Assembly: GCF_963506605.1 (NCBI RefSeq)
Contig: NC_083277.1
Span: forward strand, 17,608,001 to 17,672,000
Source of the DNA: Zootoca vivipara
Taxonomy: Eukaryota
Direction of reading: 5' to 3'
Length of the DNA: 64,000 nt
Below the pieces are notes generated by a model. The model worked only from the letters and a program-made list of their open reading frames with translations, was not told the DNA's origin and did not search any database. Below are positions 1-13,678 of the stretch, piece after piece. Each line of letters starts with the position of its first letter. The stretch's first letter is position 1. The position numbers and the translations under genes were made by a program.

Positions 1-3000
1 GACAGTCAAACAAGTTTGGCTGGGAGTTTTCCACTGACAGCTTGACAGATGCTTTGGAAGTTTCGGCATAGCTATTAGTCTGCTGGTGGGGGTGGGTGAG
101 GGAGTTCCTGGCTTTGGCTGGATGGACTTGACTGGACCTCAGCTCCTGGTGGAAAGAAATGCTCAAGGTGTTTTGATTTGGAAAGTGGTAGGTCTGGAAG
201 AGGTCCCTCTTATTTGAAGTCCCCATGCTGAAGAAGCCACTATCGACACATAAATAACTCTCATTCATTGACTGAATTTACTTTGCCTGACATTCATTTA
301 CTTCAGTAGACCAGGCTGAGGCACTTGGTTGTGGGTTCCGTCCGCCCAGCCATGACTGGGAAGTGGGGAGGCTTAGAAGTTACTGTGGCCTGCAGCTCCC
401 AAAGGAAATACCTGTTTGGATTCTGCTGTGCCTGTGTTGGGGGTTGGAATGGGGGGGGGGAAAGGAGGGGTGTTGGGTATAAAACAGACCCGTTGGGTAT
501 AAAACAGACCCGATGCTCCAATGTTCTTGAAACATGGAACTGAAAACAGGAGGGGGTCGAATCCTGCAAATCTCACTGAGTCTAGTTGTGGGCATGACTA
601 ATCCATGTGACGTGTGTTCATGCACTTGGAATGTTTTCTTTTGCTAGGAGCTGAAGGGAATATATGAGGCAGCCCCGAGGAAGTCTTATTCAGCCCAAAG
701 AAAGAAGAGGCCTGTTGAAGCTAACTTTGTGTTTGGATTTGGTCATGAGATCCCAGAGTTATCACCCCAACCCAGCTGGAGGATTTGTAGTTGCCTCAAA
801 ATTATTTGATGATGGTGTGCTTTGTGAGATGAACGAGTTGGTTGAAGCATTTTGAAAACTAGGGCTGAATTCCTGAACACACTTACCTGGGAGAAATTGA
901 GTTTCATCCATTTTAAAAATGAGATCAGTAAACATCAAGCTGGCCAAACTTTGGATATTATGGTTAATACAGGCCAGGTTCTTCGCAGTTATTACATGGA
1001 GGCATCTCATTCCATCATTCTCTTGGGGGATGGGTTTCCTTGCCATGTTTGCAAGCACAGCAATCATGGCCTACAGTGTTAATAAATGTCAGTCAGCTCT
1101 TTAACTTCAAAGACTTAACTCGGGAGTTAACACTCCTGGCTTGGTCTGAACCAAGGGAAGCAGTCTGCAAGATGTCTTGGTCCCAAATTGTTTAGTGCTT
1201 TAAGTGTCTGTATCGAAATATGGACTTGACTGGGTAGCTTATTAGCAGCCACTGCAGATCTTTCAATGCAAGTGGAATATGCATAAAGATGCCTCGATAA
1301 TTTATTTTATGAGGTGTCATAGAAAAAGCAAACAAAGAAATAGAAGAGTGCCCTAGCAGCTGTATTTTGAACTAGCAGGAGCTTTCAAACCAGGTGCAAA
1401 TGTAGCCCCACATACAGTGCATTGCAGTACTCTAATTGTGAGGTTACCATTGTATGGACCACTGTAGCCAACGCTATCCCTGTCTAGGAATGGTTCTAGT
1501 TGACACACCAACGGAGGTTGATGGGCACACCTAGCCACTGAGGGCCCCTGGACCCCTAGTGACAAATTAAATCCAGATCCCTTGGGAACATTGGATCACT
1601 TTTACAGTTTCTGTAGGTGTGTGTATTCTGTGTGTATATTTGTGTTCATGCTGAAGGTCCTTTAAAAGGTTTTATAGACCTGGCACACATTACATTTTGA
1701 AAAAGCACATCTTTCACAATCCAAACTTCATCCCACATCTTTTTAGTGGTGGGGAATGAGAATGAGTTGCTCTGTGGTGGTTTTTTAGGGCATGAGGAGT
1801 CCTCATGCTAATTTTATAGAGGATGTTGTGTTTGGACTAGCAGAATCTGGGGTCAGTGGAGTTCGTCAAGTAATTGGGAAAGGAAGGAGTGTTTGGAAGA
1901 TAAGACAAGAAAAGGAAGTTGAATTGGAGTACCGATTTTACATTAGGCGAGGGGTCCTTCACCACCATCTCTCACACACACACGAAAGTAGTAGAAGTTG
2001 GCAGGATACTTCTCGGTAATTGGGATTGTGCTGCTGCTGCACCTCTTTAAAATGCATCCTGTTTGAGGATTCTGAAGGGGAAGGGCCTATTCTGCTCAGA
2101 GCCTATTCTGCTCAGGTTATGAGGATGATGGAATTTTACTGTACTGATACTACCGGTACTATGGTGTAAGCTGCCCTGATCCTAAGGTATATTATATAGG
2201 ATGTGAATCTGAAGAGGGCTTTACCTGCAAGCTTGCATATGTTTGCATAGAATACAGTAACTGTTGCTTTCTCATCCCTTACTTATTAAACAAACATATG
2301 GGGGGGAATCAAAACTTCTGCTCAAGGTATAGACAAATTTGGCGGCTACTATGCAGAATGGCTATGTTATTCCACCACTTTGGGATCAATAGCCCCCTGA
2401 ATGCTAGTTGCTGGAAGCAGCAAGTGGGGAGGGCTCTGTTGGAGGCATCCCATAAACATTTGGTTGACTACAGTGAGAGATCTTTTTATTGGTTGTAGAG
2501 GGGAGTATTATCCCTCCTCCCCCCTTTTTTGCCTCCCTAGAAGAATTCTAAATTTATTCTCCACCTATGTTCCCTAAATTATCTCAATGGACAACTTTGA
2601 TTAGAGCCTAGAATTGAAATGGAAAGAGGTGGGATCTGTCCTACACATCTGAGGTTCTCCATGCATTTTAGAGGGTGTTTTGTCACCAGGGTAGAATTCC
2701 CCTGCTTAGACATTATCCCCTTTCCCTTTGTTGCTCTTTCCCTGTCCCTTCTCTGCCTTCTACTTCCTGCCTTCTGTAATTTGGCCCTTTCTCAGTGCTT
2801 GTTCTGAATCTGGCACAAGGGGATGCTTTAATATTTTTGTGGTTTCCAGTGTTGTAGTGCAGGACAACAGTTTAAGAACTTTCTTTGTATTCTTGCATTT
2901 GAGGTGGCTTTGCAAACTTTTTGAACCTGCCTGCTCAACCTACCCTACATTCTGTCCCTTGCCTCAGCTTACCCAATGCTAACCCTCTGCTCTACAGTAG

Positions 3001-3745
3001 AGTGCACAGCAGCCCTTCAGCACAGTACAAAGATCTGTGAAGGACACATGACACTCACGTGACATACCTTGCAGGGGGTTGGACTAGATGACCCTTGGAT
3101 CCCTTCTAACTCTGAAGATTCTATGATTAGAAAAGGAGTAGAATAAGACACCTCTGTGATCCCCTCCTAAAGCTACTTTTCCCAAATCTGATTGGGATGG
3201 TGGTGTAAATTTGAGAGAAGGCATCCCTCAGTCCAGTATTACTCAGAGAGGATCCTCTTGGTTGATAGGCAGAGGAAGGGTACAGTTTTCTCAGTCATAT
3301 TCTTCCCTGGACATTTGTTTCCTCTTCCAGGTTTTCCACCTATTTCCTACCCAATCTTTCCTGCAGTTCAAAAGCCACTGTTCTAAAGAAATATAAAATG
3401 ACTTTGAGTTGAAGTGGCCCCCTTGAGTAGGACTTCTACTGCTTAGGAGCTGCCCCTTGTCCTCCATCTTTGGTTCCATTCCTTTTCATGTGTCCTAGTT
3501 TCCCTTTCTCTTGAACATACGAAACTGACTTACACTGAGTCCATCCAAAGGTCTATTTGGCCAGGGCTGTCTACTCAAACTAGCATCAGTTCTCCAATGT
3601 CTCAGATCTTTCCTAGTGCTGCCTTTCAGTTGGAGCTATTGAGGATGGCTCCTGGAGCTTCTTCTATGCAAAGCATCTGCTGAGCTGTGGTTCCTATGGC
3701 TACTGCCTTGGTGTTCATAACAAAGCTCTTTCTGTTTTACCCCAG

Positions 3746-3911
3746 GAAAAATGCAAACCTGTAGGATATTTATTTTGACCCATTTGTTTATTATGCAAAA
3801 ACTCTAATACAGCGTTCAGAATTTGGAGAAGATTGACAAGGAGAAATTTGGTGCCAGGAAAGATACCGAAAGTTAATACCAATTAGTGCCAGTACATGCA
3901 GGAGATGGCAG
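3746..3911 (+). other. Candidate non-coding (5' UTR) exon of MGAT1
   Basis: Polypyrimidine acceptor (ctctttctgttttaccccag) and donor (CAG/gtaaca) bracket 166 nt upstream of the MGAT1 coding exon. Vertebrate MGAT1 has upstream non-coding exons. Motif evidence only. Confidence 0.25.
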
Positions 3912-6900
3912 GTAACAAAGCAGACACTCTTTCAAATTTCACTCATCTAGCAGATTGGGTTATGAACAGCACAGCTTGCTGTAAGTTGTAGAATATGAGC
4001 TGGAACACTGACTAGTAAGTCTTGAGATAAGTTATAAGTATTGCTAGTTATTAAAGTTTAAACCCACAACTGCATCCCATGGATGGTGAAGCCTTCTCTT
4101 CCCATCATCACCCTGTGGTTTGTTTGCACATGATGTGTCTCAGTGACCATTGGGAAATAAAAATGAGACTCCAGGCAGATAAAAGCCCATACCAGAAATG
4201 TCCATAGATCTCATTCCACAGCTCCCTTTCTTTGCTTTCCACCATGCTGCCCATGCTACGGTAGTACAATCAACATTCTTGGGGGGGGGAGTAATGGGGT
4301 TGGAATAAATCATGCAACTTAACTCGAAAATTTGCATAATTCCTATTCTGGGTGCAAGGTATCTGTCTGCGTGTTACAGACCTTGCACTTCTTTGTTGGG
4401 AGTACATGGTTGTCTGGCTTTGCATGAATATGAGTGCTTCTTCTCCATTAAGACCTTGACAGATACAGTTGGACTTTCTCCTCATTTATATCAGTGGCTT
4501 AGTGAACTTGCCTTTTGAGATCAGTGTGCTCCTGCGATAATCTGCTTTAAAGCTGACTTGGTTCTCGTATGCCTTGCAGATAAGGATGGAGTGTGGTGCT
4601 GTGGCAAGAAAACATTCTCTGCAAGCAGAAGATTGCATGTTCAGTCCCAGGCATCTCCAGGTTTGGCTCAGAAAGACTCCTCTACAACCCTGGAGAACTG
4701 TTGCCAGTTGGTGTAGAGTGATTGGTATTAAGCTAGGCAGACAAATGGTCTGACCTGGTATCAGCCAACTTTCTGTGTTCTGTCACAGAGGGATGTAGGA
4801 AGAACATGAGCATGTGTGCTGGTGCTTGGGAATGCCATCCTGAAAACTCTACCTCACTCAAGGCTCTTTTGTGACTTGCTCACTGCTGATTTAGGCAATC
4901 CTCTGCTTTCTCTTGTTTCTGGCATCCATGGGTGGAATGCAAAATATATGCAGTCTTTGGTTTTGCGGAGTGCAAAGATAGAGTTGTTCTCTCATCTCTC
5001 TGCTTTGCTGAATCAGAAATGTGTGCCTGCTTCTACTTCTGGCTCATTCTTAAGGTGGCTGCCCTTGCAAGAGTGTCAGGCCCTCTTTGTTCACAGGCCA
5101 GCAAGTTAATTCTGCCAGTGCCCACGTCACTGAAAACATTTAGGGGACTTTCTCTTCAGACTCTGTTGACACTGATGTTGTAATGTTCTAAGAACAATGA
5201 TACTGCTAAGAGTTCTCTTTTGTATCACCATATCCTTCCCCCAACCCCCTTCTAAATTCCTGACTAATATTTATTTTTGCAAGGCATGTGGAAAAAACAC
5301 AACTTCCTGTTCTAAACTGCCCTCAGTTTTTTAGCCAGGCGAATACAGTTCCTCTGAAACAGTTAAAAGCAAACCTGTTCTTCTGCATGACGCTTGCCTA
5401 GTTTGGCATTCAAGCACACAACTGTTTTCGGCCAGATTCATGAGGCCCTCTAAAGTTGCATCCAGAGCTGTTTATACTATGCAGTTAATACCTGAGCAGA
5501 CCTTTTGCAGAACATGCACTCTGGAATAGAATCCAGGCACTGGAGATTGTAATCCTCATGGCTGTGAAGAAATGCAAGTAACATGTATGTGACTGGTGCA
5601 AGGCTGGGAGTGAGTGCCTTTTGAGTGCCCTAGTTGAGGGTATTGTTGCCGCGGGGGGGGGCGTGTGTGTGTCTTCTGTGTTCTGCTTTTAGCAATGTGT
5701 TCCTGTGGGATCAATCGTTGCAACTGGGTAGCCAGAGGTGGGAAGTAACTAGATTTCCTTCCTTGACTGCCCCACCTTAGTTTTGTTTTTCTGCTTCATT
5801 TTTAAGCTCCCCATTCAAACTATAGGCATGTTTGGTGCTACTTCAGTTGAATAGTCAGGCATAGGGTAGGGCGTGGGCGTTCCCATTTGTCATGTGCGTG
5901 TTGTGACAGAGATATGGCAGTGGTGGCTGGGCTTGCCAGGTGAGATAAGGAGGTGTTGAGCAAAAAGCAAACTTCGCTTTTTACTCTACCTCCTTTACTG
6001 GGGACTCTAATTGCCAAGTCAGCTTCTCTTTGCCTGTTCCTGTTAAATGCCAGATCAGTCTTAAAAGGAACAGCGGTAATTCAGCATTTGATCCTGGATA
6101 ACAAAGCCACTCTGGCGTGGATCACAGAGCTGGTGGGATGAGGCAGCTGACCCTGCGACTGTCCTACTTTCTCCAGCCAGGTATTTGATCTAGCATCAGT
6201 GTAGTGGTGGTGGAAGCAGAGGAATCTATAAAGATTTTATCACTCTCACCAGACACCTTGTCCTGCAGAGGGTTTTATTTAGTACATTTATCTTGTATGG
6301 CAGGGACAGCCTGGGGGCTTGGTCGTCATTCCACCCATCATAGTGCCTGACTCCCTGATTGACTGTGCAGATGTGATCTCAAATTTGGTGTTTAGCCATC
6401 TCAAAGCGATTCCTCCTTCTTTTTTAGTGCAGTCCAAGACAACCAAGAGGCCAGTGTATTTTGAGCTCGACACAGTCTACCAGTCATAGATTCATTTTGG
6501 GTTTTGCATAGCCTATGAGAGCTGTTTCTGGTGTCTTAGCCATAAACCGTGAAGGGTCAGTATCACAGGGTTTAGTTATTTTCTGCAGGGGACCTGTTGA
6601 AATGGTCTGTCCCTAGGAGCAGTTGAATCTGTTGGCTTTCCAAGCTACTCTTTGGGTTTTCCAGCAGACCTTGCAAGCTCTCCTGTCAAATTGCTGGTCT
6701 GTTCCTAGCATAAGGTATTAAGATGGGGGGCTGACTATTGCTCCTTTAGTCCAGTGACTAAAACAAAGGCTGCTCCTTAGTTTTTTGAGCTGTAGGAGAT
6801 TAAGCAGTTGGGATAGCAGCAAGAGTGCAAGTGGTAGACTATTCAAGGAAAATCCAACTGAAGACTTATTAACACTTTCCTATTGCCCCTCTCTTTCCAG

Positions 6901-9439
6901 GCACAAGTCTGAAATTAAAAGCTCCGTGTACAAGCATTTTTTAAAATTTTGGCCCAGAGCTTTCCCCACAAAAACCCATACTTTAGCACTCAATTGAAGC
7001 AAGTATCATTTCGGGTTTTCTGTGGATTGCTGTTTACTTCAATAAAGCTTTAAAGGGTACTTACTGGTTGTTTTCAGCACCTGTCGCTCCAGGTTCTCTT
7101 CGGTGAAGCTATCCCCCCCACCCCCATCTTTAGCAGTCTGATTTTAGCACCCAGTGTTGCAATAAAGGAAACAACCGTGGTAGCTCTGGCTGATGACTTC
7201 TCCCAAGAGAAGTATGAGGGAGTGTGACCACGTTTCATAGAGAAGTTATCTTTCCAGATTCCCTTTGTGGATTGGTGTTTGGAGACACCATATTGTGGCA
7301 GTTTTGCTCTTATGTGGAGGGTAGAATTCAGAAGGCAGTGCTAGAGAATAGTTACTCCTGTGAGTTTCCACAGGGATCAGTGTCATCTTCTGTTGTATTT
7401 GGTGCCGCGCTGACTGAAGCTATCTGGGGATGTGGTGTCATCAGCAGGCAAACTGGTCACTTGTTCAGGCCATCCAGTTTTCTCCAGAACACAGACAATA
7501 AACTGATGCTAAGCTGCTTCTATCTGTTGGGTGGACTAGCCTGCTTCATGTATCTTGGATCTGATCCAGTAAAACCTTCTGTATTCCTCTGCAGTCTTCT
7601 TGGATAGTTAACATGGGTAGTCTGGGTCCCAAGGGCCACAGCTTCTGTGCTTTTCCTTTCTGCTGCCAAACGTTTGGAAGAAGGCAGTGACTATTGGAGG
7701 GGAGGAAAGGGAGTGAGAGATCTGTGTTGCTGGGTAGATCCACTGGAGCTTCTGCCTTAATTGTTTCTTTCAAGTACTGGATCTGCTTTTTAAAAAAATC
7801 TTACCCATGAAAACTGTGGAACCTTTCCTTGAGATCATCATCCAATGTCCTCTGGCAGCTTGAATTTTTTATTGTACTGCCTGAGTGCTTGCTATCCTGA
7901 CCGTGTTCTTTCTAACCCCTACCTGGACAAGAGGTGGTCATTTCAGGAATCTGACTGACTTAAACAGATGTTGAAGGAAACATCTTGAGAGCACTGCTGA
8001 GCAGCACAGAGGGACACCAGACAAGCACATAAATGTAACTTCTGCCTGCCATCTCCTATAAGAAGCTGAGGTTCCCTCAGAGTAGCCTGGCTATTAAGTG
8101 GGATTCCAGGGCCTCAGAATGACTAGGTTTTGCACAAGCCTGGCTGCAAAGTCCATATCAAACCCTGCAATGTTAAATGTCTATGTCTGGTTCTCTTACT
8201 GAGTGGGGATTAGGAATGTTGCCCATGCAGCTGCTAAGCAGCAGGGGCCAAAGGGAGTCAAGAAGATTGGAGGATTGAGGATTAGTGTTTAAGGGGACAA
8301 GTGGTTATGGGGGTCAGCTGCAGAGTTGTGGGGGGTTAAATCAGAGGGATTTACAGGTCACTCACACCACAGACCCATAGCATGAAGTGTAAAGGTTTAG
8401 ATGAAAGCCTATTGAACCATACTTTTATGCCTTTCAAAAAGTCCCTATCTGCAACCTCACATTCATGAAACCTACAGCTCCATAGGTAATGCATGCTATC
8501 AACTTTGTTATGCTGTGTGGTTTTTGCCAGTATTTTCCATTTTCCCATAACTGGGTTTATGGCTGCTGTTCCCCTATATCACATGACAAGCAAATTATGA
8601 GCAGGGATGCTTTTAAGCCCTTGATAATTTACTGCTGCGAACTCTTGAAGTTGATGCCACTGGAGACTTGACACGTAGAACAAACTACCTTTACTTACTA
8701 CTCTGAAACCCTTACTGCTGCAGCTGATCTCAAAACACTTCTTTCATCAGCTTTCAGTTCGCTTTTCACATTACCTCTGCACCCACCCACTCATGAAATG
8801 TGTTGTATTATTATAATAATTTATTCATTTATATCCCCATCTTTCTACTTACCAAGGTAGTGCTTAAGATGACTACTGGCCATATCCAAAATTCCTACTA
8901 TCATTGAGCGGGAGAGAGGCTGATCTGAACCTTGGTTGCTCACAGAGGAACTTGTGGATATAACTATACTACAGGAGTGGTCTTGGTTAGGCAGGGCCTT
9001 GCTCTCTTTCCCATTCTGAGTGTGCTGGTTTCAATGACTAGGTTCATTGCTGGGTATGGCAGCACTGATTCATTGTGGAATAGTCAAGTTCCAAGGTAGC
9101 CAACAAGGGTCCCTTCAAATGTTCTTGGATTTTAATCCCCACCAGCCCTAGTTGGCATAGCCAATGCTCAAGGGCAATGGGAGTTGTAGTCCAACAACAT
9201 CTGGAGGTCACCATTTTGGCTCTCCTAAGTCTAGCAACACTCAAGCCCCTCCGTCCTAATTGAACTGTGCACCCTTAGGTGTGCGTAAGTTGGTCATCTG
9301 CTTAGGACGTGTGCCTAGGGGAAAGTGTTTCACTTAGATCAGAGTTCAGATTACAGCCTCCTTAAGGCTTTTCCAGTTGCAGCCTAGTGGGGAGTCTAAG
9401 CAGAATTCTAGTGGACAGGGGTATGTGATTTCAGGGCTC

Positions 9440-9860
9440 CCTGTTCCTTTGTCTCGCTATCCGAGACCCGAAACAGCAAATGTGTGCATCGTAATAGGGC
9501 CGCCTACCACAAAATGAAACCTGGTTGATAATCAGCTACTTCTGTCCGAGCTAGGAAGAGAGCAGAGGGAATTGTCGCAGATCCTTTGCATCCTGGCCAT
9601 CATCTGTTTGATTTACTTCCATCTGGACATCGCTACAGAACTCTATACACGAAAACGGCTAGACACAGGAAAAGTTTTTCCCCTTGTGCCATCAAATTGT
9701 TAAATTTGTAGTTGTGTAGCAGAAGAGGAGGCCAGTTATAGGTGGGGTTTCTTTGCTCTACTATTGTATTGTGAGTGGAACAGTGTTTGTATAAGGTATG
9801 TTTATATTGTAATGTAGTCGAAGCAAAATTCCAAGTATGTTTGGTACTTCGCCAATAAAT
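9440..9860 (+). mobile_element. Rex1/Babar-like LINE 3' fragment
   Basis: Degenerate translation ..IVADPLHPGHHLFDLLPSGHRYRTLY.. then ..KTARHRKSF..CAIKLLN resembles the Rex1 RT C-terminus; ends near AATAAA. Boundaries approximate. Confidence 0.55.
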
Positions 9861-10478
9861 TATTCCTTATTCCTTCTTAACTGATCAGCTGGTTGGTTAA
9901 TAAAATAAATGTGCATGTTCTAGATTTCTCTTAAGAGCTTACATTTTTAATAAAGGCTGCCACTCACTATTAGAAAGCTGTCTCAAATATTTCCTCTTTT
10001 CTTCCTTACTGCGGTGGCGATACCTGTAGCCAAAGAAAGACAGGCCTGGCTTTGATTCACCCTGGTCTGTAGCAAACTGCTGCTGGATACTCTAGTCATG
10101 GCTCTGCAGTGCTGGGTTGGGCTTCGTGCCAGTCCGTGCCGTGCTTGGGTAGTCTCCATTCAGTTTTGTGGTTTCCTCAAGAAGTTAATTGTGCTCTTTC
10201 TTTGCCCTGAAAGGAGACCTGTCCGTGCTTTGTTCTCCCCAAAGATCGGATTCTGCTTTCCAAATAAATTATGCAAATGAGAGTGATACAAAATTGTCTT
10301 GTGCTCAACAAGCTCATGTTACTTGCTTTGTTTTGATCTCAAGTTCTTGAGGCTTTCTGGAGGGAGAAGCATGGTGAAAATAGACTGAGCTGAGCAAAGG
10401 AACATGGGGACTGAATGGAGAAGGGGCAGGAGATTTCAAGGCCACAGCTCCAAACACACACAGCAGGCCAGTCGGCAC

Positions 10479-10568
10479 CATAGCTGCCAAGTTTTCCCTT
10501 TTCTCGCGAGGAAGCCTATTCAGCATAAGGGAAAATCCCTTAAAATAAGGGATAACTTGGCAGCTATG
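10479..10568. mobile_element. 90-bp hAT-type MITE, copy 1
   Basis: TIR catagctgccaagtt / aacttggcagctatg with 8-bp TSD gtcggcac; identical to 46941-47030. Confidence 0.9.
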
Positions 10569-12606
10569 GTCGGCACGTGTTGTGCAGCATAATTGCTCAG
10601 CAAAGTGAATTGTTCAGTCGAAGCAGGGATATAACTGATGTGCCCTTCCCCAGCATTTGGGATGTTGCCTAGTGGTGGGAAAGGAGATTCCCCCCTCAAG
10701 CTTTTAAATCTCCCTCTGCCAAAAAACTATTGTCAAAAGAAGTGTTTGTGTTTGCTTCTACTGGTTGGTGGAGATGAAAGGCTGGCTGGGGGTATAAAGA
10801 AGTGTGTTTCTCTTCTGCCCAACCCAAGCAGTGAATGACAATATGCATTTTTGATTTTGTCATTGAATTGTTTTATGTGGACACTGAAAAAAATGTATAG
10901 CTTTACTCATCTTTTGTACGCAGCCTTTGCCCTGAAACACAAAATGCAAGGGCTTTAAAAATAAATGTCGGCCTTCAGCAAGGAATGAGGGGAGATGGGA
11001 AGGCCTTAATTCATTGTTTAAGCCTGTTGGTCTGCTTTGCCTTAGGGCAGGAGGGTGTGGCTTGACCAAACTGGCCTGTTGGGCCTAATTCAGCCTGTGG
11101 GGCAGAGTGTGGGGCACATTTCCTATGAAGAATTGGCTGATTAGTGTTTTGCAGGCAAAATAAAGGCTCATCTGGTGTCATTGTGATGCCTGGTGATTGA
11201 CAGATGAGCAGTACTATCCACCTGTCAAACTTAGCCCACCACAGGTGGGGGAGATAAGCTGGCCAGATTCAGTTCCCCACCCCTGCATTAGATGCTAAGG
11301 CTGTCCTAACTCCATTTACCTGGGAATAAGTCCCACTGAGTTCAGCAGGACTTACTTTTGAGTAGGCATGACTAGAAATGTGCCTTAAGTTTTCAGGTCT
11401 CTTCTGGGTAGTACACAGAACGGGAAAGGAGTTTATGTAGGGCACAAAACCAAGAAACCCTGAGTGGCAGCTGCTGCTGTTAGCCAATACAGTACTCCTG
11501 CTTTGAAAATAGGCAGAGATTTTTCCACCCCACCCTGGTCTGTTAAACACTCTTTAATTCGGAAAAGAATGGAACTGGAGTGTATTTATAGGGCAGATGT
11601 TGGGATCGCTTTCTCTTCTACCCAACTGAGGACAAGACTGTAGCAAGAAGCAGTGATTGTCCCAAAGCTGCTACATTGAGCATTTGTATTCTTTGTGGTT
11701 TTCCCTCTATAAATTCAGATACAGTAGTTTGCTCAGAACCTCCAAGTGTCCCTATTTTCCAAGGACGTCCCTGATTTAGAGAAGCCATCTTGGTTTCTGA
11801 TTTGATTCCGGAATGTCCCGCTTTTCCTTAGGATGTCCCTATTTTCTTTGGAGAATTGTTGGAGGGTATGACTTTGCTCTGTTTTAAAGTTTTCTTATTT
11901 CAAGAATGCTGCACTGTAGACAAGCTACTGTGATTGCAGGCATGCAAATACCCATTTAGCAGATTGCCTGTGGTAGAAGAACCGTCTCCAAATGCCCAGA
12001 CAGGGAACTTAACAAAAGTCTTTTTTAATTTACAAAATGACTGACATAGTAAAAAAAAAATGTATGTGGGCTTGTAACGTTTTCTGGACTTGCTGGTACA
12101 GCTGCTTTGTCTACAGTGAGCAGTATAATCTCTGTGCTGGGCAGGACCATGCCCTCAGCTGACTCTTTTTCTCTGCAAAACTATGGTTCTCAGTGATTGG
12201 TCATAGGAGCCCTGTTGGACTTCATCAAATGGATATTTATATATAGGGCAATCAGTGCCAGTCCAAGCAAGCTAGATTGTGTAGGCCTCTGATTTGATGT
12301 GACCATGTTTTCTTGCCACAATGACTCTGGCATTGTGTTTGTTTCCTTGCAACAGTTCTGTATTTCAAGTAGCCCAAACATTTAGCATAACTGGTTTGCT
12401 TCCATTGCCCTCCTCCAATACGGCTAAAATAAATGGTGAGGCCTATATGGAGCACGGGAGTAAGGTGGAGTAGACTTCAAAGTAAAAGTGATGCTGAAGG
12501 TAGATGATGAATTGAGACTGAATATACCTCTGATGTTTCTCTTGTTGAAATATCTGGAAAGCACTGAGAGCGCAGGCCCATTAAATCTCTGCTACCTACT
12601 GCAGAT

Positions 12607-12816
12607 CCTGCCAACATAGCAGTTCAAAAGCACGCCAAAAAGTGCAAGTAGATAAATAGGTACCACTCTGGCGAGAAGGTAAACGGCATTTCCATGCGCC
12701 AGAAGCTGTCTGCGGACAAACGGCGGCTCCCTTGGCCAGTAAAGCGAGATGAGCACCGCAACCCCGGAGTCTTCCGCGACTGGACCCTAGTGGTCAGGGG
12801 TCCCTTTACCTTTACC
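12607..12816 (+). mobile_element. Sauria SINE, 5'-truncated
   Basis: Matches the 3' half of the fuller copies at 41688 and 43968; ends ggtccctttacctttacc. Confidence 0.85.
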
Positions 12817-13323
12817 TACTGCAGAATTGCTCCTTCCATTTAGAGACCTGTGTTAAGCATTGCATGTATCATCATCTTTTTAACAGCCTGGGTTGGTAGA
12901 GGGCAAGCAGTGATGTGGGGTAAAAATAATGAATAGATGCCAACTGCAAATGCAATTTTATGCAAGCTTGGCAGTTTTCATTGTTGTAATAGTTGTTTTT
13001 CAAGTAATTATCTCTGGCAGTGAGATAGTCAGCATATCATGCACAAGCCTTTGGATTGCTAAAAAGAATTAGTGTGTCAACAGTTTTCAGCACCTCTGTT
13101 TTTTTGCTTGAATTTTAACAGTATAAGGAAAGCGCATGCTATTAACTGTCTCTCCCAGTAATTCTTTCCCCACCCCCATAATGCAACATTTAAACCACAT
13201 TAATTTAATAAATGATGATGATGATAAAAGAAGGCTTTGATTTTCATCCCCTCAAATATATCGAGTCAAACTTTTGTGGTGTGTTGGGAAAAATTAACAT
13301 GGGGTTAAAAACAAACAAACTAA

Positions 13324-13448
13324 TGTTTACTAAATACAAGCAAAATACACGTGATAAATTAGTTCATTCTCTAAGGTATATAAAACAACTTTTGTTTACT
13401 AAATACAAGCACAATAAACGTGATAAATTAGTTCATTCTCTAAGGTAT
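13324..13448. repeat. Local tandem duplication, period 69 bp
   Basis: tgtttactaaatacaagca..gtgataaattagttcattctctaaggtat occurs at 13324 and 13393. Confidence 0.85.
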
Positions 13449-13678
13449 CGGAACTTGCCTACAAGCAAATTATCCTAATTTGCATAGGATTTTTATGTTT
13501 GGAAAATCCACATCACTGAGGGCAAGGAAGGAGGAGGAAAAAGAGATGGAACATGTTGTGGCCTCCCCTAACACCCTTTTATTTCTCCCCACTTGTGCAG
13601 GTCCATGGTGGTATTGTGACGCCCATCAGAGGGGAAAGCGAGCACGAGAAGACAGGGTGGGGCCTGCGCCTGTGAAGG

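Noticed and set aside
472-512. 21-bp direct repeat (gttgggtataaaacagaccc x2) as CRISPR-like
   Set aside because: Two adjacent units with no spacers in a vertebrate genome; a simple slippage duplication.
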